Shown: in pieces, positions 33,301-48,300 of the stretch
Numbering within the stretch: the first letter of the stretch is position 1
Layout: every line of letters begins with the position of its first letter
Assembly: GCF_963921235.1 (NCBI RefSeq)
Contig: NC_086097.1
Location: 182,468,001 to 182,532,000, forward strand
DNA length: 64,000 bases
Direction: 5' to 3'
Origin: Mobula hypostoma
Lineage: Eukaryota
Notes under the pieces: generated by a model
Database searches by the model: none
What the model saw: the letters and a program-made list of their open reading frames with translations, nothing else
Told to the model about the DNA's origin: nothing
Program-made: the position numbers and the translations under genes

Positions 33301-36300
33301 TGGTGTGATTGAGACCAGGGTGAGTGTGGTGTGATTGAGACCAGGGTGAGTGTGGGATGATTGAGACCAGGGTGAGTGTGGTGTGATTGTCAGACCAATC
33401 TGAGTGTGGTGTGATTGAGACCAGGGTGAGTGTGGTGTGATTGTGAGACCAATGTGAGTGTAGTGTGATTGAGACCAGGGTAAGTGGGTGTGATTGTGAG
33501 ACCAGGGTGAGTGTGGTGTGATTGTCAGACCAGGGTGAGTGTGGTGTGATTGAGACCAGGGTGAGTGTGGTGTGATTGTGAGACCAGGGTGAGTGTGGTG
33601 TGATTGTGAGACCAATGTGAGTGTAGTGTGATTGAGACCAGGGTAAGTGGGTGTGATTGTGAGACCAGGGTGAGTGTGGTGTGATTGAGACCAGGGTGAG
33701 TGTGGTGTGATTGTGAGACCAGGGTGAGTGTGGTGTGATTGAGACCAGGGTGAGTGTGGTGTGATTGTCAGACCAATCTGAGTGTGGTGTGATTGAGAAC
33801 AGGGTAAGTGGGTGTGATTGTGAGACCAGGGTGAGTGTGGTGTGATTGTGAGACCAGGGTGAGTGTGGTGTGATTGTGAGACCAGGGTGAGTGTGGTGTG
33901 ATTGAGACCAGGGTGAGTGTGGTGTGATTGTGAGACCAGGGTGAGTGTGGTGCGATTCAGACCAGGGAGAGTATGGTGTGATTCAGACCAGGGTGAGTGT
34001 GGTGTGATTGCGACCAGGGTGAGTGTGGTGTGATTGTGAGACCAGGGTGAATGTGGCGTGATTGTGAGACCAGGGTGAGTGTGGTGTGATTGAGACCAGG
34101 GTGAGTGTGGTGTGATTGTGAGACCAGGGTGAGTGTGGTGTGATTGTGAGACCAGGGTGAGTGTGGTGTGATTGTGAGACCAGGGTGAGTGTGGTGTGAT
34201 TGTGAGACCAGGGTGAGTGTGGTGTGATTGTGAGACTGGGATGATTGTGGTGAGATTGAGACCAATGTGTGTGCTTGTGAGACCAGAGTGAGTGTGGTCT
34301 GATTGTGAGACCATGGTGAATGTGGTATGATTGTGAGACCAGGGTGAGTGTGGTGTGATTGAGACCAGGGTGAGTGTGGTGTGAATATGAGACGAATGTG
34401 AGTGTGGTGTGATTGTGAGACCAATGTGAGTGTAGTGTGATTGAGACCAGGGTAAGTGTGGTGTGATTGTGAGACCAGGGTGAGTGTGGTGTGATTGTGA
34501 GACCAGGGTGAGTGTGGTGTGATTGTGAGACCAGGGTGAGTATGGTGTGATTGAGACCAGGGTGAGTGTGGTATGATTGTGAGACCAGGGTGAGTGTGGT
34601 GTGATTGTGAGACCAGGGTGAGTGTGGTGTGATTGAGACCAGGGTGAGTATGGTGTGATTCAGACCAGGGTGAGTGTGGTGTGATTGAGACCAGGGTGAG
34701 TGTGGTGTGATTGAGACCAGGGTGAGTGTGGTGTGATTGTGAGACCAATCTGAGTGTGGTGTGATTGTGAGACCAGGGTGAGTGTGGTGTGATTGTGAGA
34801 CCAGGGTGAGTGTGGTGTGATTGTGAGACCAGGGTGAGTGTGGTGTGATTGAGACCAGGGTGAGTGTGGTGTGATTGTGAGACCAGGGTGAGTGTGGTGT
34901 GATTGTGAGACCAGGGTGAGTGTGGTGAGATTGAGACCAGGGTGAGTGTGGTGTGATTGTGAGACCAGGGTGAGTGTGGTGTGATTGTGAGACCAGGGTG
35001 AGTGTGGTGTGATTGTGAGACCAGGGTGAGTGTGGTGTGATTGTGAGACCAGGGTGAGTGTGGTGTGATTGAGACCAGGGTGAGTGTGGTGTGATTGTGA
35101 GACCAGGGTGAGTGTGGTGTGATTGTGAGACCAGGGTGAGTGTGGTGTGATTGTGAGACCAGGGTGAGTGTGGTGTGATTGTGAGACCAGGGTGAGTGTG
35201 GTGTGATTGTGAGACCAGGGTGAGTGTGGTATGTTTGAGACCAGGGTAAGTGTGGTGTGATTGTGAGACCAGGGTGAGTGTGGTATGATTGAGACCAGGG
35301 TGAGTGTGGTGTGATTGTGAGACCAGGGTGAGTGTGGTGTGATTGTGAGACCAGGGTGAGTGTGGTGTGATTGTGAGAGCAGGCTGAATGTGGTGTGATT
35401 GTAAGACTGGGATGATTGTGGTGAGATTTAGAACAATGTTTCTGCTTGTGAGAACAGGGTGAGTGTGGTCTGATTGTGAGACCATGGTGAATGTGGTATG
35501 ATTGTGAGACCAGGGTGAGTGTGGTGTGATTGAGACCAGGGTGAGTGTGGTGTGACTATGAGACGAATGTGAGTGTGGTGTGATTGTGAGACGAATGTGA
35601 GTGTGGTGTGATTGTGAGACCAATGTGAGTGTGGTGTGATTGAGACCAGGGTAAGTGTGGTGTGATTGTGAGACCAGGGTGATTGTGGTGTGATTGTGAG
35701 ACCAGGGTGAGTGTGGTGTGATTGAGACCAGGGTGAGTGTGGTGTGATTGTGAGACCAGGGTGAGTGTGGTGTGATTGTGAGACCAATGTGAGTGTAGTG
35801 TGATTGAGACCAGGGTAAGTGGGTGTGATTGTGAGACCAGGGTGAGTGTGGTGTGATTGAGACCAGGGTGAGTGTGGTGTGATTGTGAGACCAGGGTGAG
35901 TGTGGTGTGATTGAGACCAGGGTGAGTGTGGTGTGATTGTGAGACCAGGGTGAGTGTGGTGTGATTGTGAGACCAGGGTGAGTGTGGTGTGATTCAGACC
36001 AGGGTGAGTGTGATGTGATTGTGAGACCAGGGTGAGTGTGGTGTGATTCAGACCAGGGAGAGTATGGTGTGATTCGGACCAGGGTGAGTGTGGTGTGATT
36101 GCGACCAGGGTGAGTGTGGTGTGATTGAGACCAGGGTGAGTGTGGTGTGATTGTGAGACCAGGGTGAGTGTGGTGTGATTGTGAGACCAGGGTGAGTGTG
36201 GTGTGATTGAGACCAGGGTGAGTGTGGTGTGATTGTGAGACCAGGGTGAGTGTGGTGTGATTGAGACCAGGGTGAGTGTGGTGTGATTGTGAGACCAGGG

Positions 36301-39300
36301 TGAGTGTGGTGTGATTGTGAGACCAATGTGAGTGTGGTGTGATTGAGACAAGGTTAAGTGTGGTGTGATTGTGAGACCAGGGTGATTGTGGTGTGATGGT
36401 GAGACTGGGGTGATTGTGGTGAGATTGAGACCAATGTGAGTGTGTGTGATTGTGAGACCAGAGTGCGTGTGGTGTGATTGTGAGACCAGGGTGAATGTGG
36501 TGTGATTGAGACCAGGGTGAATGTGGTGTGATTGTGAGACCAGGGTGAGTGTGGTGTGATTGAGACCAGGGTGAGTGTGGTGTGATTGTGAGACCAATGT
36601 GAGTGTGGTGTGATTGAGACCAGGGTAAGTGTGGTGTGATTGTGAGACCAGGGTGAGTGTGGTGTGATTGTGAGACCAGGGTGAGTGTGGTGTGATTGTG
36701 AGACCAGGGTGAGTGTGGTGTGATTGAGACCAGGGTGAGTGTGGTGTGATTCAGACCAGGGTGAGTGTGATGTGATTGTGAGACCAGGGTGAGTGTGGTG
36801 TGATTGAGACCAGGGTGAGTGTGGTGTGATTGTGAGACCAGGGTGAGTGTGGTGTGATTGTGAGACCAGGGTGAGTGTGGTGTGATTGTGAGACCAGGGT
36901 GAGTGTGGTGTGATTGTGAGACCAGGGTGAGTGTGGTGTGTTTGAGACCAGGGTGAGTGTGGTGTGATTGTGAGACCAGGGTGAGTGTGGTGTGATTGAG
37001 ACCAGGGTGAGTGTGGTGTGATTCAGACCAGGGTGAGTGTGGTGTGATTGAGACCAGGGTGAGTGTGGTGTGATTCAGACCAGGGTGAGTGTGGTGTGAT
37101 TGAGACCAGGGTGAGTGTGGTGTGATTGTGAGACCAGGGTGAGTGTGGTGTGATTGTGAGACCAATGTGAGTGTGGTGTGATTGAGACCAGGGTAAGTGT
37201 GGTGTGATTGTGAGACCAGGGTGAGTATGGTGTGATTGAGACCAGGGTGAGTGTGGTGTGATTGTGAGACCAGGGTGAGTGTGGTGTGATTGTGAGACCA
37301 GGGTGAGTGTGGTGTGATTGTGAGACCAATGTGAGTGTGGTGTGATTGAGACCAGGGTAAGTGGGTGTGATTGTGAGACCAGGGTGAGTGTGGTGTGATT
37401 GTGAGACCAGGGTGAGTGTGGTGTGATTGTGAGACCAGGGTGAGTGTGGTGTGATTCAGACCAGGGTGAGTGTGGTGTGATTGTGAGACCAGGGTGAGTG
37501 TGGTGTGATTGTGAGACCAGGGTGAGTGTGGTGTGATTGTGAGACCAGGGTGAGTGTGGTGTGATTGTGAGACCAGGGTGAGTGTGGTGTGATTGAGACC
37601 AGGGTGAGTGTGGTGTGATTGTGAGACCAATGTGAGTGTGGTGTGATTGAGACCAGGGTGAGTGTGGTGTGATTGTGAGACCAGGGTGAGTGTGGTGTGA
37701 TTGTGAGACCAGGGTGAGTGTGGTGTGATTGTGAGACCAGGGTGAGTGTGGTGTGATTGAGACCAGGGTGAGTGTGGTGTGATTCAGACCAGGGTGAGTG
37801 TGATGTGATTGTGAGACCAGGGTGAGTGTGGTGTGATTGAGACCAGGGTGAGTGTGGTGTGATTGTGAGACCAGGGTGAGTGTGGTGTGATTGTGAGACC
37901 AGGGTGAGTGTGGTGTGATTGTGAGACCAGGGTGAGTGTGGTGTGATTGTGAGACCAGGGTGAGTGTGGTGTGATTGTGAGACCAGGGTGAGTGTGGTGT
38001 GATTGTGAGACCAGGGTGAGTGTGGTGTGATTGAGACCAGGGTGAGTGTGGTGTGATTGAGACCAGGGTGAGTGTGGTGTGATTGAGACCAGGGTGAGTG
38101 TGGTGTGATTGTGAGACCAGGGTGAGTGTGGTGTGATTGTGAGACCAATGTGAGTGTGGTGTGATTGAGACCAGGGTAAGTGTGGTGTGATTGTGAGACC
38201 AGGGTGAGTGTGGTGTGATTGTCAGACCAATCTGAGTGTGGTGTTATTGAGACCAGGGTGAGTGTGGTGTGATTGTGAGACCAGGGTGAGTGTGGTGTGA
38301 TTGTGAGACTAATGTGAGTGTGGTGTGATTGAGACCAGGGTAAGTGTGGTGTGATTGTGAGACCAGGGTGAGTATGGTGTGATTGAGACCAGGGTGAGTG
38401 TGGTGTGATTGTGAGACCAGGGTGAGTGTGGTGTGATTGAGACCAGGGTGAGTGTGGTGTGATTGTGAGACCAATCTGAGTGTGGTGTGATTGAGACCAG
38501 GGTGAGTGTGGTGTGATTGTGAGACCAGGGTGAGTGTGGTGTGATTGAGACCAGGGTGAGTGTGGTGTGATTGTGAGACCAGGGTGAGTGTGGTGCGATT
38601 CAGACCAGGGAGAGTATGGTGTGATTCAGACCAGGGTGAGTGTGGTGTGATTGCGACCAGGGTGGGTGTGGTGTGATTGGGAGACCAGGGTGAATGTGGT
38701 GTGATTGTGAGACCAGAGTGAGTGTGGTATGTTTGAGACCAGGGTAAGTGTGGTGTGACTGTGAGACCAGGGTGAGTGTGGTGTGATTGAGACCAGGGTG
38801 AGTGTGGTGTGATTGTGAGACCAGGGTGGATGTGGTGTGATTTTGTGACCAGGGTGAATGTGGTGTGATTGAGACCAGGGTGAGTGTGGTGTGATTGTGA
38901 GACCAGGGTGAGTGTGGTGTGATTGTGAGACCAGGCTGAATGTGGCGTGATTGTGAGACCAGGGTGAGTGTGGTATGTTTGAGAACAGGGTAAGTGTGGT
39001 GTGATTGTGAGAATAGGGTGAGTGTGGTGTGATTGAGACCAGGGTGAGTGTGGTGTGAGTGTGAGACCAGGGTGAGTGTGGTGTGATTGTGAGACCAGGG
39101 TGAGTGTGGTGTGATTGTGAGACCAGGATGATTGTGGTGTGATTGTAAGACTGGGATGATTGTGGTGAGATTGAGACCAATGTGTGTACTTGTGAGACCA
39201 GAGAGAGTGTGGTCTGATTGTGAGACCATGGTGAATGTGGTATGATTGTGAGACCAGGGTGAGTGTGGTGTGATTGAGACCAGGGTGAGTGTGGTGTGAT

Positions 39301-42300
39301 TCAGACCAGGGTGAGTGTGATGTGATTGTGAGACCAGGGTGAGTGTGGTGTGATTGAGACAAGGGTAAGTGTGGTGTGATTGTGCGACCAGGGTGAGTGT
39401 GGTGTGATTGTGAGACCAGGGTGAGTGTGGTGTGATTGTGAGACCAGGGTGAGTGTGTGTGTGATGTGTGTGAGACCAGGGTGAGTGTGGTATGATGTGA
39501 GACCAGGGTGAGTGTGGTGTGATTGTGAGACCAGGGTGAGTGTGGTGTGATTGAGACCAGGGTGAGTGTGGTGTGATTGAGACCAGGGTGAGTGTGGTAT
39601 GATTGAGACCAGGGTGAGTGTGGTGTGATTGTCAGACCAATCTGAGTGTGGTGTGATTGAGACCAGGGTGAGTGTGGTGTGATTGTGAGACCAGGGTGAG
39701 TGTGGTGTGATTGTGAGACCAATGTGAGTGTGGTGTGATTGAGACCAGGGTAAGTGTGGTGTGATTGTGAGACCAGGGTGAGTGTGGTGTGATTGTGAGA
39801 CCAGGGTGAGTGTGGTGTGATTGAGACCAGGGTGAGTGTGGTGTGATTGTGAGACCAGGGTGAGTGTGGTGTGATTGTGAGACCAATGTGAGTGTGGTGT
39901 GATTGAGACCAGGGTAAGTGTGGTGTGATTGTGAGACCAGGGTGATTGTGGTGTGATTGAGACCAGGGTGAGTGTGGTGTGATTGTGAGACCAGGGTGAG
40001 TGTGGTATGATTGAGACCAGGGTGAGTGTGGTGTGATTGTGAGACCAGGGTGAGTGTGGTGTGATTGAGACCAGGGTGAGTGTGGTGTGATTGTGAGACC
40101 AGGGTGAGTGTGGTGTGATTGAGACCAGGGTGAGTGTGGTGTGATTGTGAGACCAGGGTGAGTGTGGTGTGATTCAGACCAGGGTGAGTGTGGTGTGATT
40201 GTGAGACCAGGGTGAGTGTGGTGTGATTGTGAGACCAGGGTGAGTGTGGTGTGATTGTGAGACCAGGGTGAATGTGGCGTGATTGTGAGACCAGGGTGAG
40301 TGTGGTATGTTTGAGACCAGGGTAAGTGTGGTGTGATTGTGAGACCAGGGTGAGTGTGGTGTGATTGAGACCAGGGTGAGTGTGGTGTGATTGTGAGACC
40401 AGGGTGAGTGTGGTGTGATTGTGAGACCAGGGTGAATGTGGTGTGATTGAGACCAGGGTGAGTGTGGTGTGATTGTGAGACCAGGGTGAGTGTGGTGTGA
40501 TTGTGAGACCAGGCTGAATGTGGCGTGATTGTGAGACCAGGGTGAGTGTGGTATGTTTGAGAACAGGGTAAGTGTGGTGGGATTGTGAGAATAGGGTGAG
40601 TGTGGTGTGATTGAGACCAGGGTGAGTGTGGTGTGATTGTGAGACCAGGGTGAGTGTGGTGTGATTGTCAGACCAGGGTGAGTGTGGTGTGATTGAGACC
40701 AGGGTGAGTGTGGTGTGATTGTGAGACCAGGGTGAGTGTGGTGTGATTGTGAGACCAATGTGAGTGTGGTGTGATTGAGACCAGGGTAAGTGGGTGTGAT
40801 TGTGAGACCAGGGTGAGTGTGGTGTGATTGAGACCAGGGTGAGTGTGGTGTGATTGTGAGACCAGGGTGAGTGTGGTGTGATTGTGAGACCGGGGTGAGT
40901 GTGGTGTGATTGTCAGACCAGGGTGAGTGTGGTGTGATTGAGACCAGGGTGAGTGTGGTGTGATTGTGAGACCAGGGTGAGTGTGGTGTGATTGAGAGTC
41001 CAGGGTGAGTGTGGTCTGATTGTGAGACCAGGGTAAGTATGGTGTGTTTGAGACCAGGGTGAGTGTGGTGTGATTGTGAGACCAGGGTGAGTGTGGTGTG
41101 ATTGTGAGACCAGGCTGAGTGTGGTGTGATTGTGAGACCAGGGTGAGTGTGGTGTGATTGTGAGACCAGGGTGAGTGTGGTGTGATTGTGAGACCAGGGT
41201 GAGTGTGGTGTGATTGTGAGACCAGGGTGAGTGTGTTGTGATTGTGAGACCAGGGTGAGTGTGGTGTGATTGAGACCAGGGTGAGTGTGGTGTGATTGTG
41301 AGAGCAGGGTGAGTGTGGTGTGATTGTGAGACCAGGGTGAGTGTGGTGTGATTGAGACCAGGGTGAGTGTGGTGTGATTGGAGACCAGGGTGAGTGTGGT
41401 GTGATTGTGAGACCAGGGTGAGTGTGGTGTGATTGAGAGACCAGGGTGAGTGTGGTGTGATTGTGAGACCAATGTGAGTGTGGTGTGATTGAGACCAGGG
41501 TGAGTGTGGTATGATTGAGACCAGGGTGAGTGTGGTGTGATTGTGAGACCAGGGTGAGTGTGGTGTGATTGAGACCAGGGTGAGTGTGGTGTGATTGTGA
41601 GACCAGGGTGAGTGTGGTGTGATTGTGAGACCAGGGTGAGTGTGGTGTGATTGAGACCAGGGTGAGTGTGGTGTGATTGTGAGACCAGGGTGAGTGTGGT
41701 GTGATTGTGAGACCAGGGTGAGTGTGGTGTGATTGAGACCAGGGTGAGTGTGGTGTGATTGTGAGACCAGGGTGAGTGTGGTGTGATTGAGACCAGGGTG
41801 AGTGTGGTGTGATTGTGAGACCAGGGTGAGTGTGGTGTGATTGTGAGACCAGGGTGAGTGTGGTGTGATTGAGACCAGGGTGAGTGTGGTGTGATTGAGA
41901 CCAGGGTGAGTGTGGTGTGATTGTGAGACCAGGGTGAGTGTGGTGTGATTGTGAGACCAGGATGATTGTGGTGTGATTGTAAGACTGGAATGATTGTGGT
42001 GAGATTGAGACCAATGTTTCTGCTTGTGAGAGCAGAGTGAGTGTGGTCTGATTGTGAGACCATGGTGAATGTGGTATGATTGTGAGACCAGGGTGAGTGT
42101 GGTGTGATTGAGACCAGGGTGAGTGTGGTGTGATTGTGAGACCAGGGTGAGTGTGGTGTGATTGAGACCAGGGTGAGTGTGGTGTGATTGTGAGACGAAT
42201 GTGAGTGTGGTGTGATTGTGAGACCAATGTGAGTGTGGTGTGATTGAGAGCAGGGTAAGTGTGGTGTGATTGTGAGACCAGGGTGATTGTGTTGTGATTG

Positions 42301-45300
42301 TCAGACCAATCTGAGTGTGGTGTGATTGAGACCAGGGTGAGTGTGGTGTGATTGTGAGACCAGGGTGAGTGTGGTGTGATTGTGAGACCAATGTGAGTGT
42401 GGTGTGATTGAGACCAGGGTAAGTGGGTGTGATTGTGAGACCAGGGTGAGTGTGGTGTGATTGAGACCAGGGTGAGTGTGGTGTGATTGTGAGACCAGGG
42501 TGAGTGTGGTGTGATTGAGACCAGGGTGAGTGTGGTGTGATTGTGAGACCAATCTGAGTGTGGTGTGATTGTGAGACCAGGGTGAGTGTGGTGGGATTCA
42601 GACCAGGGTGAGTGTGATGTGATTGTGAGACCAGGGTGAGTGTGGTGCGATTCAGACCAGGGAGAGTATGGTGTGATTCGGACCAGGGTGAGTGTGGTGT
42701 GATTGTGAGACCAGGCTGAGTGTGGTATGATTGAGACCAGGGTGAGTGTGGTGTGATTGTGAGACCAGGGTGAGTGTGGTGTGATTGTGAGACCAGGGTG
42801 AGTGTGGTGTGATTGTGAGACCAGGGTGAGTGTGGTGTGATTGTGAGACCAGGGTGAGTGTGGTGTGATTGAGACCAGGGTGAGTGTGGTGTGATTGTGA
42901 GACCAGGGTGAGTGTGGTGTGATTGTGAGACCAATGTGAGTGTGGTGTGATTGAGACAAGGTTAAGTGTGGTGTGATTGTGAGACCAGGGTGATTGTGGT
43001 GTGATGGTGAGACTGGGGTGATTGTGGTGAGATTGAGACCAGGGTGAGTGTGGTGTGATTGTGAGACCAGAGTGAGTGTGGTGTGATTGTGAGACCAGGG
43101 TGAATGTGGTGTGATTGTGAGACCAGGGTGAGTGTGGTGTGATTGTGAGACCAGGGTGAGTGTGGTGTGATTGAGACCAGGGTGAGTGTGGTGTGATTGT
43201 GAGACCAATGTGAGTGTGGTGTGATTGAGACCAGGGTGAGTGTGGTGTGATTGTGAGACCAGGGTGAGTGTGGTGTGATTGTGAGACCAGGGTGAGTGTG
43301 GTGTGATTGTGAGACCAGGGTGAGTGTGGTGTGATTGTGAGACCAGGGTGAGTGTGGTGTGATTGTGAGACCAGGGTGAGTGTGGTGTGATTGAGACCAG
43401 GGTGAGTGTGGTGTGATTGTGAGACCAGGGTGAGTGTGGTGTGATTGTGAGACCAGGGTGAGTGTGGTGTGATTGTGAGACCAGGGTGAGTGTGGTGTGA
43501 TTGTGAGACCAGGGTGAGTGTGGTGTGATTGTGAGACCAGGGTGAGTGTGGTGTGATTGTGAGACCAGGGTGAGTGTGGTGTGATTGAGACCAGGGTGAG
43601 TGTGGTGTGATTCAGACCAGGGTGAGTGTGGTGTGATTGAGACCAGGGTGAGTGTGGTGTGATTGTGAGACCAGGGTGAGTGTGGTGTGATTGTGAGACC
43701 AATGTGAGTGTAGTGTGATTGAGACCAGGGTAAGTGGGTGTGATTGTGAGACCAGGGTGAGTGTGGTGTGATTGTCAGACCAGGGTGAGTGTGGTGTGAT
43801 TGAGACCAGGGTGAGTGTGGTGTGATTGTGAGACCAGGGTGAGTGTGGTGTGATTGTGAGACCAATGTGAGTGTAGTGTGATTGAGACCAGGGTAAGTGG
43901 GTGTGATTGTGAGACCAGGGTGAGTGTGGTGTGATTGAGACCAGGGTGAGTGTGGTGTGATTGTGAGACCAGGGTGAGTGTGGTGTGATTGTGAGACCAG
44001 GGTGAGTGTGGTGTGATTGTGAGACCAGGGTGAGTGTGGTGTGATTGAGAGACCAGGGTGAGTGTGGTGTGATTGTGAGACCAGGGTGAGTGTGGTGTGA
44101 TTGAGACCAGGGTGAGTGTGGTGTGATTGAGACCAGGGTGAGTGTGGTGTGATTCAGACCAGGGAGAGTATGGTGTGATTCAGACCAGGGTGAGTGTGGT
44201 GTGATTGCGACCAGGGTGAGTGTGGTGTGATTGTGAGACCAGGGTGAATGTGGCGTGATTGTGAGACCAGGGTGAGTGTGGTATGTTTGAGACCAGGGTA
44301 AGTGTGGTGTGATTGTGAGACCAGGGTGAGTGTGGTGTGATTGAGACCAGGGTGAGTGTGGTGTGATTGTGAGACCAGGGTGAGTGTGGTGTGATTGTGA
44401 GACCAGGGTGAATGTGGCGTGATTGTGAGACCAGGGTGAGTGTGGTGTGATTGTGAGACCAGGGTGAGTGTGGTATGTTTGAGACCAGGGTAAGTGTGGT
44501 GTGATTGTGAGACCAGGGTGAGTGTGGTGTGATTGAGACCAGGGTGAGTGTGGTGTGATTGTGAGACCAGGGTGAGTGTGGTGTGATTGTGAGACCAGGG
44601 TGAGTGTGGTGTGATTGAGACCAGGGTGAGTGTGGTGTGATTGTGAGACCAGGGTGAGTGTGGTGTGATTGTGAGACCAGGGTGAGTGTGGTGTGATTGA
44701 GACCAGGGTGAGTGTGGTGTGATTGTGAGACCAGGGTGAGTGTGGTATGATTGAGACCAGGGTGAGTGTGGTGTGATTGTGAGACCAATCTGAGTGTGAT
44801 GTGATTGTGAGACCAGGGTGAGTGTGGTGTGATTGAGACCAGGGTGAGTGTGGGATGATTGAGACCAGGGTGAGTGTGGTGTGATTGTCAGACCAATCTG
44901 AGTGTGGTGTGATTGAGACCAGGGTGAGTGTGGTGTGATTGTGAGACCAGGGTGAGTGTGGTGTGATTGTGAGACCAATGTGAGTGTAGTGTGATTGAGA
45001 CCAGGGTAAGTGGGTGTGATTGTGAGACCAGGATGAGTGTGGTGTGATTGTCAGACCAATCTGAGTGTGGTGTTATTGAGACCAGGGTGAGTGTGGTGTG
45101 ATTGTGAGACCAGGGTGAGTGTGGTGTGATTGTGAGACCAATGTGAGTGTAGTGTGATTGAGACCAGGGTAAGTGGGTGTGATTGTGAGACCAGGGTGAG
45201 TGTGGTGTGATTGAGACCAGGGTGAGTGTGGTGTGATTGTGAGACCAGGGTGAGTGTGGTGTGATTGAGACCAGGGTGAGTGTGGTGTGATTGTGAGACC

Positions 45301-48300
45301 AATGTGAGTGTGGTGTGATTGTGAGACCAGGGTGAGTGTGGTGTGATTGTGAGACCAGGGTGAGTGTGGTGTGATTGAGACCAGGGTGAGTGTGGTGTGA
45401 TTGTGAGACCAGGGTGAGTGTGGTGCGATTCAGACCAGGGAGAGTATGGTGTGATTCAGACCAGGGTGAGTGTGGTGTGATTGCGACCAGGGTGGGTGTG
45501 GTGTGATTGGGAGACCAGGGTGAATGTGGCGTGATTGTGAGACCAGAGTGAGTGTGGTATGTTTGAGACCAGGGTAAGTGTGGTATGATTGTGAGACCAG
45601 GGTGTGTGTGGTGTGATTGAGACCAGGGTGAGTGTGGTGTGATTGTGAGACCAGGGTGGATCTGGTGTGATTTTGTGACCAGGGTGAATGTGGTGTGATT
45701 GAGACCAGGGTGAGTGTGGTGTGATTGTGAGACCAGGGTGAGTGTGGTGTGATTGTGAGACCAGGCTGAATGTGGCGTGATTGTGAGACCAGGGTGAGTG
45801 TGGTATGTTTGAGAACAGGGTAAGTGTGGTTTGATTGTGAGAATAGGGTGAGTGTGGTGTGATTGAGACCAGGGTGAGTGTGGTGTGAGTGTGAGACCAG
45901 GGTGAGTGTGGTGTGATTGTGAGACCAGGGTGAGTGTGGTGTGATTGTGAGACCAGGATGATTGTGGTGTGATTGTAAGACTGGGATGATTGTGGTGAGA
46001 TTGAGACCAATGTGTGTACTTGTGAGACCAGAGAGAGTGTGGTCTGATTGTGAGACCATGGTGAATGTGGTATGATTGTGAGACCAGGGTGAGTGTGGTG
46101 TGATTGAGACCAGGGTGAGTGTGGTGTGACTATGAGACGAATGTGAGTGTGGTGTGATTGTGAGACCAATGTGAGTGTGGTGTGATTGAGACCAGGGTAA
46201 GTGTGGTGTGATTGTGAGACCAGGGTGATTGTGTTGTGATTGTGAGACTGAGGTGATTGTGGTGAGACTGAATCGAATGTCAGTGTGTGTGATTGTGAGA
46301 CCAGAGTGAGTGTGGTGTGATTGTGAGACCAGGGTGAGTGTGGTATGTTTGAGACCAGGGTAAGTGTGGTGTGATTGTGAGACCAGGGTGAGTGTGGTGT
46401 GATTGAGACCAGGGTGAGTGTGGTGTGAATGTGAGACCAGGGTGAGTGTGGTGTGATTGTGAGACCAGGCTGAATGTGGTGTGATTGTGAGACCAGGGTG
46501 AGTGTGGTATGTTTGAGAACAGGGTAAGTGTGGTGGGATTGTGAGACCAGGGTGAGTGTGGTGTGATTGTGAGACCAGGGTGAGTGTGGTGTGATTGTGA
46601 GACCAGGGTGAGTGTGGTGTGATTGTGAGACCAGGGTGAGTGTGGTGTGATTGTGAGACCAATCTGAGTGTGGTGTGATTGTGAGACCAGGGTGAGTGTG
46701 GTATGATTGAGACCAGGGTGAGTGTGGTGTGATTGTGAGACCAATCTGAGTGTGGTGTGATTGAGACCAGGGTGAGTGTGGTGTGATTGTGAGACCAGGG
46801 TGAGTGTGGTGTGATTGTGAGACCAATGTGAGTGTGGTGTGATTGAGACAAGGTTAAGTGTGGTGTGATTGTGAGACCAGGGTGATTGTGGTGTGATGGT
46901 GAGACTGGGGTGATTGTGGTGAGATTGAGACCAATTTGAGTGTGTGTGATTGTGAGACCAGAGTGAGTGTGGTGTGATTGTGAGACCAGGGTGAGTGTGG
47001 TGTGATTGAGACCAGGGTGAGTGTGGTGTGATTGTGAGACCAGGGTGAGTGTGGTGTGATTGAGACCAGGGTGAGTGTGGTGTGATTGTGAGACCAATGT
47101 GAGTGTGGTGTGATTGAGACCAGGGTAAGTGTGGTGTGATTGTGAGACCAGGGTGAGTGTGGTGTGATTGTGAGACCAGGGTGAGTGTGGTGTGATTGTG
47201 AGACCAGGGTGAGTGTGGTGTGATTGTGAGACCAGGGTGAGTGTGGTGTGATTGAGACCAGGGTGAGTGTGGTGTGATTGTGAGACCAGGGTGAGTGTGG
47301 TGTGATTGAGACCAGGGTGAGTGTGGTGTGATTGTGAGACCAGGGTGAGTGTGGTGTGATTGTGAGACCAGGGTGAGTGTGGTGTGGTTGTGAGACCAGG
47401 GTGAATGTGGCGTGATTGTGAGACCAGGGTGAGTGTGGTATGTTTGAGACCAGGGTGAGTGTGGTGTGATTGTGAGACCAATCTGAGTGTGATGTGATTG
47501 TGAGACCAGGGTGAGTGTGGTGTGATTGAGACCAGGGTGAGTGTGGTGTGATTGAGACCAGGGTGAGTGTGGTGTGATTGTCAGACCAATCTGAGTGTGG
47601 TGTGATTGAGACCAGGGTGAGTGTGGTGTGATTGTGAGACCAGGGTGAGTGTGGTGTGATTGTGAGACCAATGTGAGTGTAGTGTGATTGAGACCAGGGT
47701 AAGTGGGTGTGATTGTGAGACCAGGGTGAGTGTGGTGTGATTGTGAGACCAGGGTGAGTGTGGTGTGATTGAGACCAGGGTGAGTGTGGTGTGATTGTGA
47801 GACCAGGGTGAGTGTGGTGTGATTGTGAGACCAATGTGAGTGTAGTGTGATTGAGACCAGGGTAAGTGGGTGTGATTGTGAGACCAGGGTGAGTGTGGTG
47901 TGATTGAGACCAGGGTGAGTGTGGTGTGATTGTGAGACCAGGGTGAGTGTGGTGTGATTGTGAGACCAGGGTGAGTGTGGTGTGATTGTCAGACCAATCT
48001 GAGTGTGGTGTGATTGAGACCAGGGTGAGTGTGGTGTGATTGTGAGACCAGGGTGAGTGTGGTGTGATTGAGACCAGGGTGAGTGTGGTGTGATTGTGAG
48101 ACCAGGGTGAGTGTGGTGCGATTCAGACCAGGGAGAGTATGGTGTGATTGTGAGACCAGGGTGAGTGTGGTGTGATTGCGACCAGGGTGGGTGTGGTGTG
48201 ATTGGGAGACCAGGGTGAATGTGGCGTGATTGTGAGACCAGAGTGAGTGTGGTATGTTTGAGACCAGGGTAAGTGTGGTGTGACTGTGAGACCAGGGTGA